64,000 bases of DNA from an uncultured bacterium (GTDB lineage Bacteria; Planctomycetota; SZUA-567; JAKLDR01): contig CBDUSI010000003.1 of assembly GCA_965370045.1 (NCBI GenBank), forward strand, positions 11,256 through 75,255, read 5' to 3'. Positions 35,792 through 44,238 of this stretch are shown here, piece after piece; positions within the stretch are counted from its first letter, which is position 1; each line of letters begins with the position of its first letter. The notes under the pieces were generated by a model. The model ran no database searches. It worked only from the letters and a program-made list of their open reading frames with translations, and was not told where the DNA came from. Position numbers and translations under genes: made by a program.

Positions 35792-36955
35792 TCACTTCGT
35801 TTCCCCCTCGGACTCGCCAGGGCCTTCGCTGCTCGTCTCGGGCTGCCGGGTGACCGGTTCGCCGGAGCCGGGCTGCTTGCGCCAGGGCAGGGCCACCAGC
35901 CGGAACTCCTCGTTGGCCAGGCGGTCGAAGGCCTGGAAGGCGGTGAGGGCCTCGTCCGCCGGCCGGCGCAGCAGGGTCTGCCACCACAGGAAAGTGAAGA
36001 AAGTCGCCCCCAGCAGCACCGCCAGCACCATCCCTATCACCAGGGCCACCTCTCCGCCGATCTCCGAGGAAAGCCCGGCGCAGGCCAACGGAAGCAGCCC
36101 GACTACCACGCCTCCCAGCAGGCAGAGCCCCACGATGATCGCCGTGAAGAAGAGCTGCAGCGCCAGGCGCAGCGCCACCCGCAGAAGCGAGCGCTCCCTG
36201 ATGGCGAAGGCCGCGCCCCACAGGGCCGCGCCCCAGACCAGGGATAGGTCGGTCAGGCACATCAAGGGGCCCACGCCCATGACCCCCGCGCCGCTGGCCC
36301 GCAAGCGCCAGTCTATCGGCCACAGCGCCGCCAGGGCCCTGATCGGCCAGAGGATAAACGGAGTGGGAACGACTCCCTCGATGAGGAAGGGCTCCGAGCC
36401 GCCGGTCCACATATAGAGCGGCAACGCGGCCAGGATTCCCCAGAGATACGGCCGGACTCGCGGCAGTATCTTGGCGGCGGCCAGCGGCCGCGCGGCGAGG
36501 GGGGTCAGGACCAGCTGCAGGGCGGTGTCGCCGTCTATCTCCTCGGTCACCGCCCCGGCGGTGCTCCAGGCCGCGCCCAGGTACATGAGCAGCGGCCACA
36601 GGCAAACGAAGAGGGCGGCGATCGCCTCCGGGTAGTCCGGAACCGGCAGGCCGAATGAGTAGATTGGCGATGAATCCCACAGTCTGCCCTCAGTATGCAT
36701 CCACAGGACGACGCCCGCGAACAGGAAGAGCGGGATCGCCACGCATATCGCCGTGGCGATGCGCCGTCCCCGCCGGGTGCGGAGCATCTCCGCGCGAACC
36801 AGCCGGTGCTTCCGCTCGGCCAGCAGCTCGAAGGGGCTGCCCGCCCGGCGGGAGAACCACCAGGGTAGCCAGCGCCCCAGCCGCTCGACCCAGTCCTCCC
36901 CCGGCCGGCGCGCCGGGCGCGGCTTGGCGGGCTTTTTCGACGAGGCATCTTTCAT
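35792..36955 (-). CDS. ABC-2/NosY-like polytopic membrane protein (paralog 1)
   Basis: ELLAERKHRLVRAEMLR..., EEIDGDTALQLVLTPLAARPLAAAKIL (the ExxxGTxExLLxTP-type ABC-2 motif), about 7 TM, C-terminal FDRLANEEFR. Confidence 0.65.
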   Translation of the reverse strand: MKDASSKKPAKPRPARRPGEDWVERLGRWLPWWFSRRAGSPFELLAERKHRLVRAEMLRTRRGRRIATAICVAIPLFLFAGVVLWMHTEGRLWDSSPIYSFGLPVPDYPEAIAALFVCLWPLLMYLGAAWSTAGAVTEEIDGDTALQLVLTPLAARPLAAAKILPRVRPYLWGILAALPLYMWTGGSEPFLIEGVVPTPFILWPIRALAALWPIDWRLRASGAGVMGVGPLMCLTDLSLVWGAALWGAAFAIRERSLLRVALRLALQLFFTAIIVGLCLLGGVVVGLLPLACAGLSSEIGGEVALVIGMVLAVLLGATFFTFLWWQTLLRRPADEALTAFQAFDRLANEEFRLVALPWRKQPGSGEPVTRQPETSSEGPGESEGETK

Positions 36956-36998
36956 TCTTGCACCAGATTAACCGCCCGGCGCGCCGGTCACAAGGCGC

Positions 36999-38075
36999 TC
37001 ACGAGCGCGCCGGGCCCTCGCCCCGCGGCCCCCGCCGGAAGCGCTTGAAGTAGCCCGGGCGGAAGTCGTCGTCGGCCAGCCGGTCGAAGAGGGCGAACTC
37101 CCTGATGACCGCGCGAACCGGCGCGCGCAGCAGCCAGCGCCGGTAGAGGACGAAGGTGCCCCAGAGGACCAGAATCCCCAACCCCACCATGCCGCAGATG
37201 ACCGCGATGACCAGAACCCCGAGCTCAGAGGGGTGCTCCAACATCCACCCGAAGACGGGGATGCAGGCAAGGAGGTACACCACCGGCGGAACCAGGCAGA
37301 CCGCGATCTGTAGGCCGACGAGCGCCAGCCGTCCGATCATGGCCAGGCCCACCCGCCCGAAGCTGCCCAGCCGCACCGCGCAGGCCGCGCCCCAATGCGC
37401 CGCGGCCCAGGCCAGCACCATGTCGCCCGCGCACATCACCGGGCCCAGCAGCGCCCCGGTGGCGGAGAATCCCCCGCCTCCCAACACCCCCCCGAACCCG
37501 AACAGACCCAGCAGGCGCAGGGGCAGGAATGCCAGGGGCACGACGGCCAGCGAATCCGGGTACGCCAGGCTTCCACCCATCACGTAGAGCGGCAGGCAAA
37601 GCAGGCAGCAGAGCGCCGTGCGGAAGGCCGCCGGCAGCACCTTGCCCGCGGCGATGACCCTGCGGGGCATGGGGGTGAGCACCAGTTGCCAGACGGTGTC
37701 CTTCTCCCGCTCGTTCAGGACCGATCCGGCCGAGCCCAGGAACGCGCCGATGACCACGCCCAGGGGCAGAAGGTTCACCCACAGGGCCGCAAGGGTGCTC
37801 GCGAAGTTCCCTTTGCCCCCGGCCAGGGAAAGAGCAAAGAGCGCCGCGGCCATCCCCAGCGCGGCGAATCCGAAGCCGGCTACGCCCAGCATGTTCCGGC
37901 GGCTCCGCTTCAGGCCGAGCGCCACCAGCGGGTGTTTTCGATCGGCAAGCAGCGTGAACGGTCCGGGATTGGCCGCCCGGACGGCCCTGGCGACCTGCGC
38001 GTACCAGTCCGCCTCGCTCTCGCCGGGCAGGCGCACCAGCTCGTCCCTGTCGAGGAGATTATCGGGGGCGTCCAC
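36999..38075 (-). CDS. ABC-2/NosY-like polytopic membrane protein (paralog 2)
   Basis: Same landmarks as the neighbour: TLLADRKHPLVALGLKR, NEREKDTVWQLVLTPMPRRVIAAGKVL, FDRLADDDFR. Confidence 0.65.
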   Translation of the reverse strand: MDAPDNLLDRDELVRLPGESEADWYAQVARAVRAANPGPFTLLADRKHPLVALGLKRSRRNMLGVAGFGFAALGMAAALFALSLAGGKGNFASTLAALWVNLLPLGVVIGAFLGSAGSVLNEREKDTVWQLVLTPMPRRVIAAGKVLPAAFRTALCCLLCLPLYVMGGSLAYPDSLAVVPLAFLPLRLLGLFGFGGVLGGGGFSATGALLGPVMCAGDMVLAWAAAHWGAACAVRLGSFGRVGLAMIGRLALVGLQIAVCLVPPVVYLLACIPVFGWMLEHPSELGVLVIAVICGMVGLGILVLWGTFVLYRRWLLRAPVRAVIREFALFDRLADDDFRPGYFKRFRRGPRGEGPARS

Positions 38076-38152
38076 GAAGCCTTCTCCAAAACCGTTCTGG
38101 TAACATTCTGACGCGAATCGGCTCCCGGCGCAAGGGGCGAAGCGCGCGCCGC

Positions 38153-38181
38153 TTGCGGCCGCGCTTGCGCGCGGCTATAAT
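38153..38181 (+). promoter_or_regulatory. candidate sigma70-type promoter for the HIT/tldD/pmbA run
   Basis: TTGCGG-17 nt-TATAAT, then GGAGG 5 nt before ATG 38213. This supports the shorter start. Confidence 0.55.
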
Positions 38182-38212
38182 CCCCGCCGTTCCGGCCGTC
38201 TGGAGGCTCCCG

Positions 38213-38548
38213 ATGGACTGTATCTTCTGCAAGATAGCCGCCAAGGAGATTCCCGGCCAGATCGTCCACGAAGACGAAGTCACCGTCGCCTTCCGGGACG
38301 TCAACCCGGCCGCGCCCACGCACGTCCTGATAATCCCCCGCGAGCACGTCGCCCGGGTCAGCGACCTCGAGGAGAAGCACGCCGGGCTGGTCGGCAGGCT
38401 CTTCCTGGCGGCCAGGAAGATCGCCGCGGCCGAGGGCCTGGAGGACTACCGCCTGGTGATGAACTGCGGCGAAGGCGCCGGGCAGAGCGTTTTTCACATC
38501 CACCTGCACTTGCTCGGCGGCCGGCGGATGACCTGGCCACCGGGTTAG
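38213..38548 (+). CDS. histidine triad (HIT) nucleotide-binding protein
   Basis: MDCIFCKI..., FRDVNPAAPTHVLIIPREH, HIHLHLLGG (HxHxHxx). Confidence 0.9.
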   Translation: MDCIFCKIAAKEIPGQIVHEDEVTVAFRDVNPAAPTHVLIIPREHVARVSDLEEKHAGLVGRLFLAARKIAAAEGLEDYRLVMNCGEGAGQSVFHIHLHLLGGRRMTWPPG

Positions 38549-38581
38549 TCGTTTCCCCTGTCACCCTTCCGGAGGACCTTC

Positions 38582-40027
38582 ATGCAAGAGATACTGAAAA
38601 GCGCCCTGGACGCCGCGCGCGCCGCCGGCGCCTCCTTCGTCGAGGCCCGCTTCGTGGAGACGGGGGCCGAGGGTTACGAGGTCAAGAACGGCACGCCCGC
38701 CCGGGCGTCGAACTCAGTCGACCGCGGCCTGGGGGTGCGCGCCATCGTCGATGGCTGCTGGGGCTTCGCCTCGCTGGGCGACGTGACCCGCAAGACCCAG
38801 GCCGCGCGGGTCGCCAAGCTGGCCGTCAAGGTCGCCCGGGCCAGCGCCCTGGCGCCCGCCGCCGAGCCCGCCAAGCTGGCTCCCAACCCGCCGGGCAGCG
38901 GGGAGTACGCCACCCCCGTCGCGGAGGACCCCTTCGCCGTCCCGGTTGACGAGAAGATGGGCCTGCTCGCCGAGGCCGAGAAGAAGCTTCACGGCGAGGC
39001 GCTGGCCGTCACCCAGGCCTTCATGAACCTCTACCGCAAGCACACCTGGTTCGCCAACACCGAGGACGTGAGCTTCGAGCAGCGGATCACCGAGAGCGGC
39101 GCTGGGCTGGCCGCCACCGCGGTCCGCGGCGGCGACGTCCAGGTGCGCAGCTACCCCAACAGCTTCCGGGGCAACTTCGCGGCGGCGGGGTTTGAGTTCG
39201 TGCGCGGAATGCAGCTTGCCGAGAACGCCGAGCGGGTGGCCGCCGAAGCCAGGGGGCTGCTCGACGCCCCGCAGCTGCCCGCCGGAACGCGGGACGTGAT
39301 CCTGGAGGGCGGGCAGCTGGCCCTGCAGGTGCACGAGTCCATCGGCCACCCCATAGAGCTCGACCGCGTCTTCGGGACCGAGGCGGCCTACGCGGGCACC
39401 AGCTTCCTGACCACGGAGAAGCTGGGCAACTTCCAGTACGGCTCGGAGCACGTCAACGTGGTCGCCGACGCCACCGAACCGCTGGGCCTGGGGACCTTCG
39501 GCTTCGACGACGAGGGCACCCCGGGCAAGCGCATCGACGTCATCAGGAACGGGAAGTTCGTGGGCTACATCTCCGACCGGGAGAGCGCCGCGCGGCTGGG
39601 CCTGGAGAGCTCCGGCACGGCCCGGGCCATGAGCTGGAACCGCATCCCCATCGTGCGCATGTCCAACATCAACCTGCTCCCCGGCGAGTGGACGCTGCCC
39701 GATCTGCTGGCCGACACCGACGGCGGGGTCTACATGGCAACCAACCGTTCCTGGAGCATCGACGACCGCCGGCTCAACTTCCAGTTCGGCACGGAGATCG
39801 CCTGGGATATCTCCGGCGGCAAGCTCGGGAAGATGTACAAGAACCCCACCTACACGGGGATATCCCCGGAGTTCTGGAACTCCTGCGACGCGGTCTGCTC
39901 GCGGGACTTCTGGCGAATGTGGGGCACGCCCAACTGCGGCAAGGGACAACCGGGCCAGGCCGCTCACGTGGGGCACGGCACCGCGCCGTCCCGCTTCCGG
40001 AACGTCCGGGTGGGGGTAGTGAAATGA
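38582..40027 (+). CDS. tldD: TldD-family metalloprotease
   Basis: PmbA_TldD family layout with the metal motif VHESIGHPIELD. 481 aa. Confidence 0.88.
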   Translation: MQEILKSALDAARAAGASFVEARFVETGAEGYEVKNGTPARASNSVDRGLGVRAIVDGCWGFASLGDVTRKTQAARVAKLAVKVARASALAPAAEPAKLAPNPPGSGEYATPVAEDPFAVPVDEKMGLLAEAEKKLHGEALAVTQAFMNLYRKHTWFANTEDVSFEQRITESGAGLAATAVRGGDVQVRSYPNSFRGNFAAAGFEFVRGMQLAENAERVAAEARGLLDAPQLPAGTRDVILEGGQLALQVHESIGHPIELDRVFGTEAAYAGTSFLTTEKLGNFQYGSEHVNVVADATEPLGLGTFGFDDEGTPGKRIDVIRNGKFVGYISDRESAARLGLESSGTARAMSWNRIPIVRMSNINLLPGEWTLPDLLADTDGGVYMATNRSWSIDDRRLNFQFGTEIAWDISGGKLGKMYKNPTYTGISPEFWNSCDAVCSRDFWRMWGTPNCGKGQPGQAAHVGHGTAPSRFRNVRVGVVK

Positions 40028-41385
40028 TCGGTCGAACGAGAGCCGAGAAGATTCTGGAAAGCGCGCTGTCGGCCCTGGAGCGCGCCGGCGCTGAGGAGTC
40101 CCACGTCACCCTCTTCGTCGAGGAGCAGGGACTGACCCGCTTCGCCAACAACTACATCCACCAGAACGTCAGCGAGAACGACGCGGGGCTCGGCCTGGTG
40201 GCCGCGCTGGGCAAGCGCCTGGGCAGCGCCGGCACCAACCGCCTGGACCGCGCGGGCATCTCGGCCTGCGCCAAGCAGGCGGTGGCCATCGCCCGGCAGT
40301 CCGTCGAGAACCCCGACTTCCCGGGGATGGTCAAGTCGGGGGCCGCCCCGGAAGTGGCCGATGGCCTCGACGCCAAGACCGCGCGGATGAGCCCGGCGGG
40401 GCGCGCGCGGATCGTCGCGCGGGCCACCAAGCGCTCGGCCAAGAAGGGCACCTCGGCCTCCGGCAAGGTCTCCTCCAGCGCAACGGAGATCGCCGTGGCC
40501 AACAGCGCCGGGACGGTGCAGTACTGCGCGCTGAGCGGCTTCGGCGCGACGGCCACGGCGATGATCGACGGCGCGGCCGGCTCGGAGAGCTGGTCGGCGG
40601 GCTCGGCTGCCGCGCTCAAGGCCCAGCTCGGCAAGTTCGGCGCCGGAGCGGTCAAGACCGCGCTCAAGGCCCGCAAGCCCAAGCGCGTCGAGCCCGGCGA
40701 GTGGACCGTGGTGCTGGCTCCCCGCGCGGTCTCCGAGATGCTCGACTTCCTGTCCTACCTGGGCTTCAACTCCCAGGCGCACGTCGAGGGCCGCTCGTGC
40801 CTGGCCGGCAAGATGGGCACCAAAGTAGTAAGCGAAAAGATCACCCTGCGCGACGACGGGCTCGCGCCGGAGGGGCTACCCCTGCCCTTCGACTTCGAGG
40901 GCGTGCCCCGCAGGCCGCTCACGCTCATTGAGAGGGGCGTGGCCAAAGAGCTGCCCCACTCCACGAGAACGGCGAGGAAGATGGGCGCCGAGCTCACCGG
41001 CCACTCCTTCGGGCCGACCTCCACCATGGGAGGAATGCCCATGCACCTGGTCCTGGACCCGGGAGAGGCCTCGCTCGACGAGATGATCGCCTCCACCGAG
41101 AAGGGGCTCTTCGTCTCCCGCTTCTGGTACACCAACGTGGCCGAGCCGGCCAAGGCGGTGATCACCGGCATGACCCGCGACGGCCTGTTCCTGGTGACCA
41201 AGGGCAAGCTCCGCCGGGCGGTCTGCAACCTGCGCTTCACCCAGTCGGTGCTGGAGGCGCTGGGCAACGTGGAGATGGTCGGCTCCGAGATGGTGGGGGT
41301 CGGCGGCGACTGGGGCGCGGGGCAAACCCGCTGCCCGGCGCTCAAGATCCGGGACTTCCGCTTCACCGGCGCCACGGAATTCTGA
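40024..41385 (+). CDS. pmbA: PmbA/TldE-family protein (TldD partner)
   Basis: ATG 40024 overlaps the tldD stop (ATGA). LTRFANNYIHQNVSE, GLFVSRFWYTN. It has no HExxxH motif, as expected for the partner subunit. Confidence 0.85.
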   Translation: MIGRTRAEKILESALSALERAGAEESHVTLFVEEQGLTRFANNYIHQNVSENDAGLGLVAALGKRLGSAGTNRLDRAGISACAKQAVAIARQSVENPDFPGMVKSGAAPEVADGLDAKTARMSPAGRARIVARATKRSAKKGTSASGKVSSSATEIAVANSAGTVQYCALSGFGATATAMIDGAAGSESWSAGSAAALKAQLGKFGAGAVKTALKARKPKRVEPGEWTVVLAPRAVSEMLDFLSYLGFNSQAHVEGRSCLAGKMGTKVVSEKITLRDDGLAPEGLPLPFDFEGVPRRPLTLIERGVAKELPHSTRTARKMGAELTGHSFGPTSTMGGMPMHLVLDPGEASLDEMIASTEKGLFVSRFWYTNVAEPAKAVITGMTRDGLFLVTKGKLRRAVCNLRFTQSVLEALGNVEMVGSEMVGVGGDWGAGQTRCPALKIRDFRFTGATEF

Positions 41386-41414
41386 GGGTCGCGATCTGGG
41401 GTTTGGGGATTTGC

Positions 41415-42209
41415 ATGGTTGAACCTTTGACCTGTGGCAAGACAGGCACATATGCTCCCGGGAACTTGGGAGATATTATTAAGCACAGTTGGTTAATAGA
41501 AGTCACCCGTATCTTGCTGTACGGGGTGAGAGACAAACCTTTTGTGTATGCCGATGTTTTCGCTGGCTGCCCTGAGTATCCGCTTGCTTCCGGAGACAAG
41601 GGGTGGACCGCTTGGGGAAGCAAGATTCAGACAAGCCTTCTAGCAAGGCTCCAACAAGATTTCGAACTCCGCGGCAAGTACGCTGGGTCAACAACCTTAG
41701 TCCGTCTTGTCTGCAAAGAGGCATCTGCGCCGTTGGAAATACTAGCTTACGACGCGGACGGGGGGCGTTGCGAAGTTCTTACTGGTTCCGGCACGGTCTT
41801 GCTCGACCTCAAGTCGGGTTATGATATTCTGGACGACGCTACCTTGTTGCACCGAGCAGACCTACTCTTGCTTGATCCCTACAATTTCCTTCCGCGAAGT
41901 AACTGGGAAAAACACATCGGCGGACTTGTCAGCGCAGCAGAAGATGCACCCACGCTGCTGTTCCTTTACAACAAGATGCGCTTCCATAAGAACTACGATT
42001 CCTTCAGGACTAAACTGGCAGAACTCACGCGAGATAAAGTTACCGGATGCGTCGGTCGGTTGCGTGGAGCTTCAGCATGGTATGAGATGATGCTCCTCTA
42101 CAAGAAAGGCATTGAATGGGACTCACCCGTCTCGAAGGCACTTGAGAGTATGACCCATCAACTGACAGAGGCAACAGATGTAGAGTCGAAGTTCGAACCG
42201 GTGGGGTGA
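41415..42209 (+). CDS. RlmJ-like (N6-adenine methyltransferase fold) protein with altered catalytic motif; compositionally foreign
   Basis: ATG 41415 preceded by GGGGA. APGNLGDIIKHSWLIEV...KPFVYADVFAGCPEYPL parallels the RlmJ N-terminus (HAGNHADVLKH...KPFLYLDTHAGAGRYQL, from memory). LLLLDPYNF stands where RlmJ has LIDPPYE. Sampled lines are 24/60 and 31/60 G+C versus 39/60 and 47/60 in the flanking genes. Confidence 0.6.
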   Translation: MVEPLTCGKTGTYAPGNLGDIIKHSWLIEVTRILLYGVRDKPFVYADVFAGCPEYPLASGDKGWTAWGSKIQTSLLARLQQDFELRGKYAGSTTLVRLVCKEASAPLEILAYDADGGRCEVLTGSGTVLLDLKSGYDILDDATLLHRADLLLLDPYNFLPRSNWEKHIGGLVSAAEDAPTLLFLYNKMRFHKNYDSFRTKLAELTRDKVTGCVGRLRGASAWYEMMLLYKKGIEWDSPVSKALESMTHQLTEATDVESKFEPVG

Positions 42210-42215
42210 TTCACC

Positions 42216-43688
42216 ATGCCCATAACCCGCGCCTTCTTTGAAACCGCCGCCCGCTGTCCGGGGAGCACCGCCGTCCTGGACGGTGAACGTTTGTTGACCT
42301 ACGGCGAACTCGCGGTCCTCGCCCGGCGCGCGGCACTGCGCATCGCCGGAGCCACCGACCGGGAGCACGTGGCGGTTTACCTGCCGAGCTCCGCCGGGTT
42401 CCTGGTGACCTTTCTGGGCGTGCTGGCCGCCGGCCGGGCGGTGGTGCCGCTCAACCTGTTCCTGGCGCCCGACGAACTGGCCGCCGTCATGGAACACGCC
42501 GAGACCGACCTGGTTATTACGTGCGGGGAGCTGGCCGACCGCCTGCCGGCCGGCGCCGCGAAGCAAATCCTCGTCGAGGAGCTGATTTCCTCCGAGGACG
42601 CCGCCGAGCCGGCCTCCCGGGAGCCCGACGACCTGGCCGTGCTGCTTTACACTTCCGGCTCCACCGGGCAACCCAAGGGCGTCAGGCTCAGTCACCGGAA
42701 CCTCCTGGCCAACGCGCGGGCCGCGGCCCAGGCCGCCGGCTTCCGCTCCGACGACCGCGTGCTGGGGGCCCTGCCGCCCTTTCACAGCTTCGCGCTGACC
42801 GCCACGCTGCTGGCCCCGCTGCTGACCGGGGCCGCGGTGAGCACCCTGGCGCGCTTTCACCCCGAGGGGGCCCTGGACCTCTGCGAGGAGTGCGAGGCCA
42901 CGGTCATCCTGGGAGTGCCCTCCATGTACCGGCTGATGGCCCGGTCCCAGAAGGCCCGGCCGCGGCAGCTGCGCGGCCTGCGCATGGTGTTCTCGGGCGG
43001 CGAGCGCCTGCCCCAGAAGATCCGCGCGGAGTTCGAAGCCGTCTTCGGCACCGAGATCCACGAGGGTTACGGGCTCACCGAGTGCTCGCCGGTGGTGGCC
43101 ATCAACCGTCCCGGCGCCAACCGTCCGGGCACGGTGGGCCAGCCGCTGGAGCACCTCGAGGTGCGCATCGTCGGCCAGGACGGCCTCTCTCTGCCGGCCG
43201 GCGAGGAGGGCGAGATATGGGTGCGTGGCGACAGCGTGATGTGCGGCTACCACCGCGACGAGAAGGAGACCGATGGCGCGATCTCTTCCGAGCGCTGGCT
43301 GCGCACCGGCGACCTGGGCCGCCTCGACGCGGACGGCTATCTCACCATCACCGGGCGGATCAAGGAGCTGATCATCGTCGCCGGCGAGAACGTGCACCCC
43401 GGCGAGGTGGAGGAGGCCGCCACCTCCCACCCCGCGGTGGCCGAGTGCGCGGCGCTGGGCGAGCCCGACGAGCAGCGCGGCGAGCACGTGGTGCTCTTCG
43501 CCGTGGCCCGCCCGGAGGTCGAGCTCCGCCCCGAGGAGCTCAAGGCCCACTGTCGCGAGCGGCTGGCCGGCTACAAGGTCCCCCGCAGGGTCCTGATCGC
43601 CGACGAGCTGCCCAAGCTCCCCACCGGCAAGGTCAACAAACGTGCGCTGGCGGCGCAGCTCGCCGGGAAGGACGGTCGCTCGGCATGA
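42216..43688 (+). CDS. AMP-dependent acyl-CoA/acyl-ACP synthetase (FadD/Aas-like)
   Basis: LYTSGSTGQPKGV, EGYGLTE, TGDLGRLDADGYLTITGRIKE, PTGKVNK. Confidence 0.88.
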   Translation: MPITRAFFETAARCPGSTAVLDGERLLTYGELAVLARRAALRIAGATDREHVAVYLPSSAGFLVTFLGVLAAGRAVVPLNLFLAPDELAAVMEHAETDLVITCGELADRLPAGAAKQILVEELISSEDAAEPASREPDDLAVLLYTSGSTGQPKGVRLSHRNLLANARAAAQAAGFRSDDRVLGALPPFHSFALTATLLAPLLTGAAVSTLARFHPEGALDLCEECEATVILGVPSMYRLMARSQKARPRQLRGLRMVFSGGERLPQKIRAEFEAVFGTEIHEGYGLTECSPVVAINRPGANRPGTVGQPLEHLEVRIVGQDGLSLPAGEEGEIWVRGDSVMCGYHRDEKETDGAISSERWLRTGDLGRLDADGYLTITGRIKELIIVAGENVHPGEVEEAATSHPAVAECAALGEPDEQRGEHVVLFAVARPEVELRPEELKAHCRERLAGYKVPRRVLIADELPKLPTGKVNKRALAAQLAGKDGRSA

Positions 43689-44149
43689 ACGGCCGCGGCC
43701 TCACCGTGATCGTCCCCGGCCGCCTGGCGGTGATGCACCGCCCGGGAATGTACACCTCGCTGCGCGAGGACCTGGCCTTCCTGCGCAAGGAGCGCGTAGT
43801 GGCTATCGTCTCGCTGACGGTCTCCGCGCTGGACGCCGCGGAGCTCCGCGGGGCCGAGATGGAATGCCTCCACGAGCCGGTGACGGACTTCACCGCGCCC
43901 GCTCCCGAACAGCTCGAGCGCATCATCGAGTTCATCGCCCGCCAGAGCGAGAAACCGGGCCGGCTGGTCCTGGTGCACTGCGGCGCGGGCCTGGGCCGCA
44001 GCGGCACGGTGGCCGCGGCCTTCCTGGTCAGGGAGGGCATGGCGCCCGGCGCGGCCATCGAGCGGGTCCGCGAGCTCCGGCCCTTCTCGGTGGAAACCGA
44101 GGAGCAGGAAACGGCGGTCGAGGACTACGCCCGGCGGCTGCGAGGCTGA
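43685..44149 (+). CDS. dual-specificity/PTP-like protein phosphatase
   Basis: ATG 43685 overlaps the ligase stop (ATGA). Active site VHCGAGLGRSG (HCx5R). Only the last 154 codons of the 542-aa track ORF are real. Confidence 0.8.
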   Translation: MNGRGLTVIVPGRLAVMHRPGMYTSLREDLAFLRKERVVAIVSLTVSALDAAELRGAEMECLHEPVTDFTAPAPEQLERIIEFIARQSEKPGRLVLVHCGAGLGRSGTVAAAFLVREGMAPGAAIERVRELRPFSVETEEQETAVEDYARRLRG

Positions 44150-44185
44150 GGAACGACGCCTCCGGCCCCCTGGCATCATTCTTGC

Positions 44186-44213
44186 TTGCAAGTCGCCTCC
44201 CTGGAGCTAACAT
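44186..44213 (+). promoter_or_regulatory. candidate sigma70-type promoter for metG
   Basis: TTGCAA-16 nt-TAACAT, 25 nt upstream of ATG 44239. Confidence 0.4.
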
Positions 44214-44238
44214 CCCATGGGGAGGGGTCTTTACGCCC

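Noticed and set aside
33440-36247. 935-aa plus-strand ORF (similar cases: 48187-50922, 44856-47126 upstream part, 46391-48679 upstream part, 42521-44149 upstream part, 43642-45918 upstream part)
   Set aside because: These are shadow or out-of-frame readings over real genes. Where a real gene sits at the 3' end of such an ORF (phosphatase, metG, M20, FapA), only the part after a start codon with an RBS or stop overlap was kept.
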